Shown: positions 51,798 to 61,580 of the stretch, in pieces | Position numbering within the stretch: position 1 is the stretch's first letter | How the letters are laid out: every line of letters starts with the position of its first letter | NCBI GenBank assembly: GCA_963666365.2 | Contig: CAXXNF010000001.1 | Span: 1,280,001-1,344,000, forward strand | From: Syntrophales bacterium | Lineage (GTDB): Bacteria; Desulfobacterota; Syntrophia; Syntrophales; UBA2210 | Length of the DNA stretch: 64,000 nt | Reading direction: 5' to 3' | The notes under the pieces: model-generated | What the model was told of the DNA's origin: nothing | The model's input: the letters and a program-made list of their open reading frames with translations, nothing else | Databases searched by the model: none | Made by a program: the position numbers and the translations under genes

Positions 51798-53339
51798 ATG
51801 ATTAAAACAGTAGAGCAGTATCTTGAAAGCCTGAATGACGGACGGGAAGTCTGGTGCATGGGGGAAAAGGTCGCCGATGTGCGGACCCATCCGACGGTCA
51901 GTACCATCATCAGAATGGCTACCATGGACTATGTCCTGCCTAATCATCCCGATTACCGGGATATTTTTGTCACACAGGATGAAGATGGGGAGGACATCAA
52001 CTTTCTCCTCACTTCGCCGAAAACGTCTGAAGACATGCTGCGGCGGCGCGAATGTTATACCGTCGGCATCAGATCCGGCGGCGGCGTCATTGTGCACTGC
52101 ATGGGCGCCGACGCACTGGCCGCCTTCAGTGTCGCCGCCCAGGTTATGGACAAAAAACTGGGCACGGAATATACCGCACGGGTAGAGCAATATCGTAAAT
52201 ATCTGCAGAAGAACGACCTTGCCATCACCGGAGCCATCACTGATGTGAAGGGGGACCGCAGCCTCCATCCTTCAAAGCAGAAGCAGCATCAGGACTTTTA
52301 CCTGAGAGTAGTGGACAGACAGAAGGACGGTATCGTGGTCCGGGGCGCCAAGGTGCACATCAGCGCCTCTCCCTGCGCCAATGAACTGCTCTGTCTTCCC
52401 TGCCGGACCCATGGAGAAGCGGACAAAGATTATGCTCTGGGTTTCGCGGTATCCGTCAATACGCCGGGGGTGAAGCTTCTCGGTGTGGAACCGAATGTGC
52501 GGCTCTACGGGGAGGAATGCGAATTCGACTACCCCAGTTCGGACCACATGCAGCCTTCCGAATCGTTGATTATTTTTGATGACGTATTCGTGCCCTGGGA
52601 GCGGGTCTTCATGTGTGGCGAATGGCAGTATTCACAGGTGCTTGCCTACGCCTTTGCCAGCTACCACCGGCTCTTCGGCACCTGCAAGATGACGGGAACT
52701 CTCGAAACTATGACCGGTGCGGCGAGTCTGATCGCCGAATATAACGGCGTCCGGAATGTGCCGCACGTACGGAAGAAACTGGCCTGGATGGCCTACATTA
52801 CCGAAACGGTACAGATGCTGGGAAAACAGGCCTGTCTCGAGCCGATGACGGAATTCGGCATGGATGTGATGATGCCGAACCGCATGGCCATCAATGCGTC
52901 GAAATTCACCTATGCGAGCAATTTCCACCAGATGGTTCAGAACATGCAGGATATCGGCGGCGGCTTGACCACCACCGTGCCCGCCTTCCGCGACTGGAAG
53001 AATCCGGAGATACAGCCCTTCATTGAGAAATACCTGGCGGCGAAAGACGGAGTTCCCACGGAGGAGCGGCTTCGTATTCTAAGACTTATCAAAGATCTGA
53101 CGGGGAATCACTGGGAGGTCGACACCATTCACGGCGAAGGGTCCATGGCGGCGCAGGAGATGTTTCTTTTCGGTAGCGCCGACTGGGATAAACTCCACTC
53201 GGCGGCGAAGCGGGCGGCCCATATCGACGGCTGGCAGGACAACCCGATATACGGAAAGCTTCCTTTGCGGAAAGATTACGTAAAGATGCCTGCCATAGAT
53301 GAGTCATACGAAAGCATCGCCCCAACGGCAAAGAAATAA
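51798..53339 (+). CDS. 4-hydroxybutyryl-CoA dehydratase/HpaB family protein, paralog 1
   Basis: YLESL.DGR, TDVKGDRS, GAKVH, FDDVFVPWERVF, YHR. Confidence 0.88.
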   Translation: MIKTVEQYLESLNDGREVWCMGEKVADVRTHPTVSTIIRMATMDYVLPNHPDYRDIFVTQDEDGEDINFLLTSPKTSEDMLRRRECYTVGIRSGGGVIVHCMGADALAAFSVAAQVMDKKLGTEYTARVEQYRKYLQKNDLAITGAITDVKGDRSLHPSKQKQHQDFYLRVVDRQKDGIVVRGAKVHISASPCANELLCLPCRTHGEADKDYALGFAVSVNTPGVKLLGVEPNVRLYGEECEFDYPSSDHMQPSESLIIFDDVFVPWERVFMCGEWQYSQVLAYAFASYHRLFGTCKMTGTLETMTGAASLIAEYNGVRNVPHVRKKLAWMAYITETVQMLGKQACLEPMTEFGMDVMMPNRMAINASKFTYASNFHQMVQNMQDIGGGLTTTVPAFRDWKNPEIQPFIEKYLAAKDGVPTEERLRILRLIKDLTGNHWEVDTIHGEGSMAAQEMFLFGSADWDKLHSAAKRAAHIDGWQDNPIYGKLPLRKDYVKMPAIDESYESIAPTAKK

Positions 53340-53350
53340 CAGTTCAAAAC

Positions 53351-53381
53351 AATGCCCGGGAATACCACATCCCCGGGCATT
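53351..53381 (+). terminator. Intergenic hairpin
   Basis: AATGCCCGGG/CCCGGGCATT. Confidence 0.55.
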
Positions 53382-53438
53382 CTATATTATAAAGGAATGT
53401 ATGCCGGTACTCCAAGCATAGTGTAAGGAGACATCAAT

Positions 53439-54986
53439 ATGATTAAGACGGTTGAACAGTATCTTGAAAGCTTGAACGATGGAAGAGAGATCTGGTGTCT
53501 GGGAGAAAAGGTGTCCGATGTGAGGACACACCCGACGCTGAGTAGTATTATCCGGACGGCGTCGATGGACTATGTGCTTCCGAATCACCCCGATTTCAGA
53601 GATCTTTTCGTTACGAAAGACGAAGAGGGTGAGGATATCAATTTTCTCCTTACCTCGCCCAGGTCGTCGGAAGATCTTCTGCGACGGAGAGAATGTTATA
53701 TTAACGGCGTTCGCGCTGGCGGCGGCGTCATGGTTCACTGCATGGGCGCCGACGCGCTTGCCGCCTTCGCCGTGGCCGCGCAAGTCATGGATAAAGCGTT
53801 GGGGACAGGCTACAGTGAGCGCGTCGCGCACTATCAAAAACACCTGCAGAAAAACGATCTTGCCATTACCGGCGCCATTACCGATGTGAAGGGCGATCGG
53901 AGCCTGCATCCGTCTCAACAGAAACAGCATCAGGATTATTATCTGCGTATTGTGGATCGGCAGAAAGAAGGGATCGTCGTCCGTGGGGCCAAGGTCCATA
54001 TCAGTTCGACCCCCTGCGCAAATGAAGTGCTGTGCCTGCCCTGCCGTACCCACGGCGAGGCCGACAAGGACTATGCCCTTGCCTTTGCCACGCCCGTCAA
54101 TGCCCCGGGAATCAAGCTTCTGGCCGTGGAACCCGTATCGCGCACTTACGGGGAAGAAGGGGAGTTCGATTACCCTTCGACAAGCAAGAAACAGCCCACA
54201 GAGTGCCTGATCATTTTCGATGACGTCTTCGTTCCCTGGGAACGGGTATTCATGTGCGGTGAATGGCAGTATTCAAGAAATCTGGCCTATGCCTTCGCCA
54301 GCTACCATCGCCTTTTCGGCACCTGCAAGATGATCGGCAAGCTCGAAATAATCACCGGAGCGGCGGGCCTTATGGCTGAATACAATGGTGTGGAACAGGT
54401 AAGCCATGTCCGTAAAAAACTGGCATGGATGGCCATGATCACCGAATCGGTGGCCCTACTGGGGAAATCAGCCTGTCTCGATCCGGTGACCGAATTCGGA
54501 ATGGATACCGTGATGCCCAACCGGATGGCCATAAACTCGGCGAAATTCACCTTTGCGAGCAACTTCCACCAGATGTGCCAGAATCTGCAGGATATCGCCG
54601 GCGGTCTCGCCGCGACGGTTCCCACCTTCCGGGACTGGAGCAATCCCGACATACGGCCCTATATCGAAAAGTATTTAAGTGCGAAGGACGGCGTTTCAAC
54701 GGAAGACAGGATTCGGGCCGTCCGCCTTGCCAAGGACATGACCTGTAACTTCTATCAGATTGACACCATCCACGGCGAGGGTTCCATGGCCGCCCAGGAG
54801 ATGTTCCTCTACGGCAGTGCCGACTGGAACAAGCTTAAATCGGCGGCGAAACGTGTGGCGCACATCGACGGCTGGCAGAATGATCCCATCTACGGGAAGC
54901 TTCCGCTCCAGAAAGATCATGTCGATCCCAAAATGCCCGCTGTTGAAGAATCCTATGCGAGCATACCGGTAACGGCGAAGGGATAA
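53439..54986 (+). CDS. 4-hydroxybutyryl-CoA dehydratase/HpaB family protein, paralog 2
   Basis: Same motifs as paralog 1, collinear over the full length. Confidence 0.88.
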   Translation: MIKTVEQYLESLNDGREIWCLGEKVSDVRTHPTLSSIIRTASMDYVLPNHPDFRDLFVTKDEEGEDINFLLTSPRSSEDLLRRRECYINGVRAGGGVMVHCMGADALAAFAVAAQVMDKALGTGYSERVAHYQKHLQKNDLAITGAITDVKGDRSLHPSQQKQHQDYYLRIVDRQKEGIVVRGAKVHISSTPCANEVLCLPCRTHGEADKDYALAFATPVNAPGIKLLAVEPVSRTYGEEGEFDYPSTSKKQPTECLIIFDDVFVPWERVFMCGEWQYSRNLAYAFASYHRLFGTCKMIGKLEIITGAAGLMAEYNGVEQVSHVRKKLAWMAMITESVALLGKSACLDPVTEFGMDTVMPNRMAINSAKFTFASNFHQMCQNLQDIAGGLAATVPTFRDWSNPDIRPYIEKYLSAKDGVSTEDRIRAVRLAKDMTCNFYQIDTIHGEGSMAAQEMFLYGSADWNKLKSAAKRVAHIDGWQNDPIYGKLPLQKDHVDPKMPAVEESYASIPVTAKG

Positions 54987-54997
54987 TCTATCAACAA

Positions 54998-55029
54998 CAT
55001 ACCCGGGAGCAGGCGATCTCCCGGGTATG
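54998..55029. terminator. Hairpin between convergent genes
   Basis: CATACCCGGGAG/CTCCCGGGTATG. Confidence 0.6.
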
Positions 55030-55044
55030 AGTTTCCGACAATCC

Positions 55045-55791
55045 TTACGCCACCAGCGCTGCTGCGATTGTTTCACGGGTCCGCTTCATCAACTCATCCA
55101 GGCCGCCTTCTTTGTAGTCTGCGACATCGATGGGTTGGTGAATGATCATGGTTGCCCGTCCCGGGAACAGATCGATTGTTCCCGGCGGAAGGATTTTGCG
55201 GGTGCCGATGATCGTAACGGGAAGAATGGGGATCCCGAGGTCGAGGGCCATGGTGAAGGCGCCCCGTTTGAAGGTTTTGAGCTTGCCGTCCCGGCTTCGG
55301 GTTCCCTCGGGAAAAAAGATCACCGAGGTACCGTTGACTATCCTGTCTTTTGCGGCCTTGATTGTCGCAAGAGCCGCGGCCCCGTCGGACCGGTCGATAA
55401 ATATATGGCCGATCTTTTCGCACCCAATGCCCAGGCCCGGTATTTTTCTCAATTCCTTTTTTAACACCCACCTGAAATCTACTCCAAGCCAGCCGTAAAG
55501 AACAAAAATATCATACTGACTCTGATGATTGCTCACAATTACATAGGACTGGTTTCTGTCTAGATGCTCTCTTCCTTTTACGGTGACCCGCATGGGCGTC
55601 ATATATCCATTTAGTCTCGCCCACACAGCCCCGCCGATAAAACTGGCAATCCGCGGATTGGTCAGAAAGACCAGGCAGACCGTAAGGCCGCCGAAAAAGA
55701 GGGTGGAAATGATAAGCCAGGGGGCAAAAATGAGCCATTTGTAAGGCTGGTAGAGTATGTAGAGCGCTTTATTCATTCGGGTAGGTTCCAT
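55045..55791 (-). CDS. 1-acyl-sn-glycerol-3-phosphate acyltransferase (PlsC family)
   Basis: NHQSQYD, FIDR, FPEGTRS. Confidence 0.92.
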   Translation of the reverse strand: MEPTRMNKALYILYQPYKWLIFAPWLIISTLFFGGLTVCLVFLTNPRIASFIGGAVWARLNGYMTPMRVTVKGREHLDRNQSYVIVSNHQSQYDIFVLYGWLGVDFRWVLKKELRKIPGLGIGCEKIGHIFIDRSDGAAALATIKAAKDRIVNGTSVIFFPEGTRSRDGKLKTFKRGAFTMALDLGIPILPVTIIGTRKILPPGTIDLFPGRATMIIHQPIDVADYKEGGLDELMKRTRETIAAALVA

Positions 55792-56318
55792 CAAATTCGG
55801 TGTTTCTTTTCGAAAAGATAAAAAAGCAGAAGATAGATCACCGTCACTATTGCTATGACAATCCAGTGGTTAAGGCCCAGCACATCCGGAAGGGTGATTT
55901 TCCCGTAGTTTCCCCATGTCAGTATAGACGATTTAACGGCCGGGTAGACTTCCGCGTAAATGGCGGCGCCGACGATCATGCCAATAAGAGCGAACAGCGC
56001 ATCCCATCTGCCTTCCCCCAGGGCGCCGGCGGCGGTGCCGGGGCAGTATCCCACAAGGGCCCAGCCGATGCCGAAAATGATGCCGCCTATTATATTTGCT
56101 CCCAGTGAGGTGCCTTTGACACTCAAGGTCACCATACCGAGATCCTTCAATAAATAGATACCGATCATTGCCACGATAATGGTGGATAACATGAATTTCA
56201 CGATCGTAAAATCGATCAACCGCATTGCGCCGAGCTGCTTGTCGTAACGAATGACCTCGGCCTTTTGCATGAGAAATCCGAAAAGTATACCCGTCACAAG
56301 GCCGTATATAAGTTCCAT
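55791..56318 (-). CDS. YeeE/YedE family membrane protein (second subunit)
   Basis: GILFGF, GGIIFGIGWALVGYCPGT. Confidence 0.88.
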   Translation of the reverse strand: MELIYGLVTGILFGFLMQKAEVIRYDKQLGAMRLIDFTIVKFMLSTIIVAMIGIYLLKDLGMVTLSVKGTSLGANIIGGIIFGIGWALVGYCPGTAAGALGEGRWDALFALIGMIVGAAIYAEVYPAVKSSILTWGNYGKITLPDVLGLNHWIVIAIVTVIYLLLFYLFEKKHRI

Positions 56319-56322
56319 GGTG

Positions 56323-56841
56323 CTATTCCCCCCTTCCGTAGACTATACGCGCCGTGATGATGCCGCCGATAAAAAAGCATATCAACGAAACGAACCCGCT
56401 TACCGACATCTGAGCAAGACCGCTCAGTCCGTGTCCGCTCGGTCACCCCCCGGCCATGCGTGCACCGAAGAGCGCGACAATCCCCCCTGCGAAGGCGACC
56501 AGGTAACGCTTCCCCGCACTGTCGCCGAAGCGCCGCCGCCACATAGGAGGAACAGGGGTGGATGCAAAGGTTCCCGCAATTTTCGATGCCGCCAACGAAC
56601 CGACTATAATGCCGGCAACGAAGAGCATCTGCCAGTCAATCTTGATTTTCGTTTTGGTAAAGTAGTCCGAATTGGCTACATATTCCGTAGCCACCGTTTT
56701 TTCAATCAGCCCCGCAGAACGGACGAATGTGGTGGATGCGCCGAAATACTTGCCTGCGATGAGCACGGAAAGGCACAGCACCAGTCCCGCCAGGGCGCCC
56801 GCCCAATAGGGTGACCAGGTGGTTCTTTGAAAAAAGTTCAT
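56323..56841 (-). CDS. YeeE/YedE family selenoprotein (Sec at UGA 56445-56443), 172 aa
   Basis: Readthrough gives GARMAGG-U-PSGHGLSG (family motif GGCxSGH) plus a final TM helix, ending 4 nt before the next gene. Confidence 0.9.
56410..56427 (-). promoter_or_regulatory. SECIS element
   Basis: CTGAGC-[GGTCTT]-GCTCAG, loop 21 nt after UGA. Confidence 0.78.
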
Positions 56842-57002
56842 AGCATTCTCCTTCCGTCTGACCGTTTAAACAACTTTAAACAAAGACGGAGGAAATGGCA
56901 ATAGATCTTTGTATGATCATTGGAGTTCGTAATTATTTGACATCTTGATGCAAGTAATGGTTTAAAGTAGAAAATCACTCTATTAATAAAAAAGGAAGAG
57001 AC

Positions 57003-58955
57003 ATGAAAAATCTGGCCCATCTGTTACAGCCGCTAAAAATCAAATCGTTGGAACTTTCCAACCGCGTAGTAATGCCCCCCATGGGGACGGGGCTCGCCAA
57101 TCCGGATCATTCGGTGAGCGATGCCACCATTGCCTATCTTGCCAGGAGAGCAAAGGGGGGCGCCGGTCTGATAATTACCGAGATCGTCAGCGTCCACCCC
57201 GACGGGGCCGGCGGTCCGGGAGTGCTGGGAGCCTGGGACGATAAATTCATTGACGGAATGACGCGGCTGGCCGAGGCCGTACATGCACAGGGAAGCAAAA
57301 TCGCCATGCAATTCTACCACTGCGGTCGCGAAAGCGTCTTCCAGCTTGCAAACAGGACCGCCGTGTCCGCCTCGGCAATTCCCAGCGTCGTACTTGGCGG
57401 CATGCCGCGGGAACTGAGCCGGGATGAAATTAAAGCACTCGTGGCCGACTTCGGCCACGCCGCCGCGCGAGCACAAAAGGCCGGGTTCGATGCCGTGGAG
57501 GTTCATGGCGCACACGGGTATCTCCTCTGCCAGTTTCTTTCCGCCCTCTCCAATCAGCGGACCGATGAATACGGAGGCGACAGCCTGCGGGATCGTTCGC
57601 GTATTGTCATTGAGGTATTGAGGGAGATACGTCGCAGGGTTGGCGACGATTTTCCCATATCCCTGAGGATATCCGCCGAAGAAGATATTGAGGGCGGTTA
57701 CACCATCGAAGATATGCAGGTTGTTGTTCCTGATTTTGTTGATGCGGGCGCCGACATTATCCACGCCTCTTTTGGCACCGCCGGGAGCCCAGCCGGCCGC
57801 ATTATACCTCCCATAGAATATGCAGAGGGATGCAATGTCCGGCTTGCACGAAAGATCAAGGAGGTGGTCGATGTGCCCGTTATTGCCGTAGGACGCTTTA
57901 CCTCTCCCTCTCTTGCAGATGAAGTGATTGCCCGGGGAGATGCCGATCTTGTGTCGTTCGGAAGACAACATCTGGCGGACCCCGATTTCCTGATCAATGC
58001 AAAGGCGGGTAAAGAGGAAGCGACCATTCAGTGTATCGCCTGCAAACAGGGCTGTATCGAGCGGCTGAAGTTCGAACAGCGATCAGTGCGCTGTGCCATC
58101 AATCCGGAGACGGGACAGGAACTGATCTATCCGCGGACGCCTGCCCCGGTAAGCCGCCGTGTCTGGGTGATCGGCGCCGGCCCCGCCGGGTTGACGGCTG
58201 CCTCGGAGGCTGCCAGACTGGGGCACAAGGTGATTCTTTACGAGAAGGAGACGGAGACAGGAGGACAGGTGAAATTTGCCGCCAAGGCGCCCTATAAAGA
58301 GGCCTATGGCGAATGGATTCAACGCCTGTCCGCCCGAGCGCGGCGTATGGGTGTTGACATACGAACCGGTACGGAAGTGACGGAAGAAATACTCAGAAAG
58401 GGGATGCCCGAAGCCGTCATTCTTGCCATCGGCGGGGAAAAGATTATACCCTCCCTGGAGGGCATCGACCAGCCCCATGTCTGTGATGCCTGGCAGATTC
58501 TCAGTGGCGATGTTATGCCCGAGAATGATGCGGTGGTCATCGGCGGTGGCCTCACAGGGATGGAAGCGGCCGATTTTATGTGCGCGAAAGGCTGCCGGAA
58601 CGTGACGGTGATTGAGATGCTGTCTGAAGCGCCCGTCTCGCCGGCTACGTCACACGGCTACATGCTGCACGAGAGATTAAAAAATGGTGGCGGTTCGCTG
58701 CGACTGGGGACGAGGCTACACACAATCGGCAGTGACTATGTAACAGTTGTAGCGAATGGCCGAGAGGAACTGATTTCACCGATTGCGCAGGTGGTGGTGG
58801 CCGTGGGAGTTCAGGCGCGTGATACTCTAAAAGACTTTATCGAGAAAAAAGGCATTTCCTGTGAGGTGGTAGGTGACGCAGGGGAACCCCGCCGTATCAT
58901 AGAGGCGACAGAAGAAGGGGCGCGGGCCGCCTGGAATCTATCGTCGTTGAAATAG
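57003..58955 (+). CDS. NADH:flavin oxidoreductase (OYE barrel plus FAD/4Fe-4S domain; FadH/BaiCD-like)
   Basis: HGAHGYL, N.RTDEYGG, CIACKQGC, CAINP, GAGPAG. Confidence 0.92.
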   Translation: MKNLAHLLQPLKIKSLELSNRVVMPPMGTGLANPDHSVSDATIAYLARRAKGGAGLIITEIVSVHPDGAGGPGVLGAWDDKFIDGMTRLAEAVHAQGSKIAMQFYHCGRESVFQLANRTAVSASAIPSVVLGGMPRELSRDEIKALVADFGHAAARAQKAGFDAVEVHGAHGYLLCQFLSALSNQRTDEYGGDSLRDRSRIVIEVLREIRRRVGDDFPISLRISAEEDIEGGYTIEDMQVVVPDFVDAGADIIHASFGTAGSPAGRIIPPIEYAEGCNVRLARKIKEVVDVPVIAVGRFTSPSLADEVIARGDADLVSFGRQHLADPDFLINAKAGKEEATIQCIACKQGCIERLKFEQRSVRCAINPETGQELIYPRTPAPVSRRVWVIGAGPAGLTAASEAARLGHKVILYEKETETGGQVKFAAKAPYKEAYGEWIQRLSARARRMGVDIRTGTEVTEEILRKGMPEAVILAIGGEKIIPSLEGIDQPHVCDAWQILSGDVMPENDAVVIGGGLTGMEAADFMCAKGCRNVTVIEMLSEAPVSPATSHGYMLHERLKNGGGSLRLGTRLHTIGSDYVTVVANGREELISPIAQVVVAVGVQARDTLKDFIEKKGISCEVVGDAGEPRRIIEATEEGARAAWNLSSLK

Positions 58956-59025
58956 CCGATCGATAGGTTATGCAGTCACGTGCCGCATCATCTGCCGGCT
59001 TAATTACAAAATCGCTAGAGGGTTC

Positions 59026-59793
59026 AGCCTGTTTGACCATCCCATTGCGGGCAGTGTTTTTATCAACGATGCCACGATAATGTTTGATGACGTATTTATT
59101 CCACATGAGAGGATCTTTCTGAAAGGGGAGTGGGAATTTGCCGGGCAGGTGGCCCACATGTTCGCCAATTTCCACCGCTTGAGTGCGGAGACCTACAAGG
59201 CCATGGAACTGGAACTCTTTACGGGCGCCGCCGTTCTGATGGCTGAATACAACGGCATAGAGAAGGTAAGCCACGTGCGGGAAAAATTGACCTGGCTCGC
59301 CATGTATACGGAAGCCGTGGAAATTCTCGGACGGGCAGCTTCCGAGAATTGCATCAGCGAAACGGATTCCGACCTTGTCTATCCCAATCCCATGTATGCC
59401 AATATCTGCAAATTTTTCTTTGCCGACAACTGGCACCAGGCAACCAAGTTCATTCAGGATATTGCGGGAGGTATTGTCGCCACCTGTCCGTCACCGAGAG
59501 ATTACTTCAATCCGGAAATTCATGGTCTGCTTGACAAATATCTGGGAGGGCGCGCCGGAGTTCCCACAGAGAACCGGCTTCGTATGGCCAAGCTGATACG
59601 GAATCTCACGTCGTCCTATGAGGATGTCCTTACCATCCATGCAGAAGGGTCGCTTGAAGCCCAGAAGCTCTCCATTTTTGTGCGGGCCGATTTTGAGCGG
59701 TATAAGGCCGCGGCACGCAGGGCCGCCCGCATCGGGGATGAAAAAGTACATGCTATCTTTAAGGAGCTGCCGGAGTTTCCCCCGAAGCTGTAA
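59026..59793 (+). pseudogene. 5'-truncated AbfD/HpaB-family gene (C-terminal half only)
   Basis: Similarity begins at about FDHP...FDDVFIPHERIF; there is no room for the roughly 240-aa N-terminal half. Confidence 0.75.
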
Positions 59794-59803
59794 GAGTGGG
59801 GGA

Positions 59804-60217
59804 TTATACATCGATTGATGCAACCAGCTGTTCCATTTCAATAGTGCTAAGTCCGAGCCATGTGCAGGCGACATCGAAACTGCCGAAGACGATGGTATTG
59901 AGGCCCAGCGCCGCGGTTTGTTCAGCGAATATGTGCGCCTTGGCAAAACTATCTTCATCTTTTACAAGCACGGCGCACTTTGCAATGTAGGTTTTGTTGT
60001 CTGGTTGTTTGTGATTGTCCGACATTTCGCTTACCCTATCCGCAGTCGTTTCAAAGGTGACGGCCCGACAGTCGGCCAATACTATTGCGCCCGGACTGAT
60101 GAAAGAGTCCTGCAACTGTTCTCGCTCATGGGCCATAAGTTCCTCATGGGAGATCAATCCTGCCCATCTTTCGATGACCACATGTCCATCATGTACCACA
60201 ATATACTTGACTGGCAT
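59804..60217 (-). CDS. Hypothetical protein, STAS/SpoIIAA-like
   Basis: LADCR, CAVLV, F...DVACTWL pattern. Confidence 0.6.
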   Translation of the reverse strand: MPVKYIVVHDGHVVIERWAGLISHEELMAHEREQLQDSFISPGAIVLADCRAVTFETTADRVSEMSDNHKQPDNKTYIAKCAVLVKDEDSFAKAHIFAEQTAALGLNTIVFGSFDVACTWLGLSTIEMEQLVASIDV

Positions 60218-60507
60218 AGGTGACTTACGCTTTCCACGGCGACAGACCAAAAAGCCCCGCTCTAATCAAAACGAGGTATTGAGTTTGTTGTGAAATTACC
60301 GCATATCCCTGTGATTCCAGCGATGCATGGTTCGGTGCGTGCCTGGAGAGCATGCATATTCAAACTACATGCGCAGAAATACCAGACTTTTTGTCTGTTC
60401 GCAACAGGAAACAGTGGCAATGAAAACAACAACGCGTGTGCATTCTTTTTCTCACGAAGAAATTTCACGGAACTTCCGATTAACCGCCGTTTTTACGACA
60501 GGCAGTC

Positions 60508-61578
60508 CTATGCCTGTACGTGCTTGATAATCCTCACATGTGCGCTTTTCACAATTGCATAAACCCTGTCGCCCGATTGCACCTCAAGCTGTTCGACGGC
60601 GCTCCTGGTTACCAGGGCCGGTAGTTCTACGGAATCGGCAAGAAGATGTAAATAATACATTCTGCCTTCCGGGACGATGTCCTTTAGTGTGGTTTCAAGA
60701 ACATTCCGTGCTGACAGGTGGTGTGGTTCTTCTTTTGAAACAATAATATTTTCCGGTCGAATCGCCACGGTCACCTCGCTTCCGTTTTCCGCGTTATCTA
60801 TGCTCGCCAACTTCATGCCGTCTACATTGACAAATGTGTCGTCGCTGCCGTTTTTTTCAGCTGTTCCTTGCAGAATTGTGGCGCCCACGAAATTGGCAAT
60901 GAAGGGCGAACCGGGTCTGTCGAATATGTCATTGACCGATCCGAACTGCAATAGCGCCCCTTCTCTGAAAACTGCAATCTTGTTCGCAAGTGCCCAGGCG
61001 TCGTTCAAATCGTGGCTGATATGAATTACCGTCGTGTTGCTTTTTGCGATGACCCTTTTCAGGAGACGCCGCGTCTCTCGTCTTGTCTGCGGGTCAAGCG
61101 CCGAAAAAGGTTCATCCATAAGCAGCAATTTGGGATTGACGATCAAGGCTCGTGCCAATGCAACCCGCTGTTGCTCGCCGCCGGAGAGGGTATCCGGTTT
61201 CCGGTGAAGCAGATGTTCGATATTAAGGGTTCGGGCCATTTCTCTAATTTTTTCATCCCGATCGCGGATTTTTTTCTTTTTCAGACCGTATGCAATATTG
61301 TCAAACACAGTAAAATGGGGAAGAAGGGCGTAGTCCTGGTAGACAATACCGATATTTCTCTTTTCCGGAAGCTCATCAGTGATATTTATTTCCTCAAGAT
61401 AAATGGACCCTTGCTGGGGTTTCCAGAATCCCACAATACTTTCCAGGAGAATGGTCTTCCCGGCGCCTGTAGGACCGATAATCATCAGATAATCGCCCTT
61501 TTCCAGGCTAAAGAAGACCTCGCGTAAATAAAATTCTCCCAAAGAGATGTGCAGATCATCGACACGGAGAAAACTCAT
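60508..61578 (-). CDS. Molybdate/tungstate ABC transporter ATPase with TOBE domain
   Basis: GPTGAGKT, LSGGEQQR, SARN, VKSAHV. Confidence 0.9.
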   Translation of the reverse strand: MSFLRVDDLHISLGEFYLREVFFSLEKGDYLMIIGPTGAGKTILLESIVGFWKPQQGSIYLEEINITDELPEKRNIGIVYQDYALLPHFTVFDNIAYGLKKKKIRDRDEKIREMARTLNIEHLLHRKPDTLSGGEQQRVALARALIVNPKLLLMDEPFSALDPQTRRETRRLLKRVIAKSNTTVIHISHDLNDAWALANKIAVFREGALLQFGSVNDIFDRPGSPFIANFVGATILQGTAEKNGSDDTFVNVDGMKLASIDNAENGSEVTVAIRPENIIVSKEEPHHLSARNVLETTLKDIVPEGRMYYLHLLADSVELPALVTRSAVEQLEVQSGDRVYAIVKSAHVRIIKHVQA

Positions 61579-61580
61579 TT

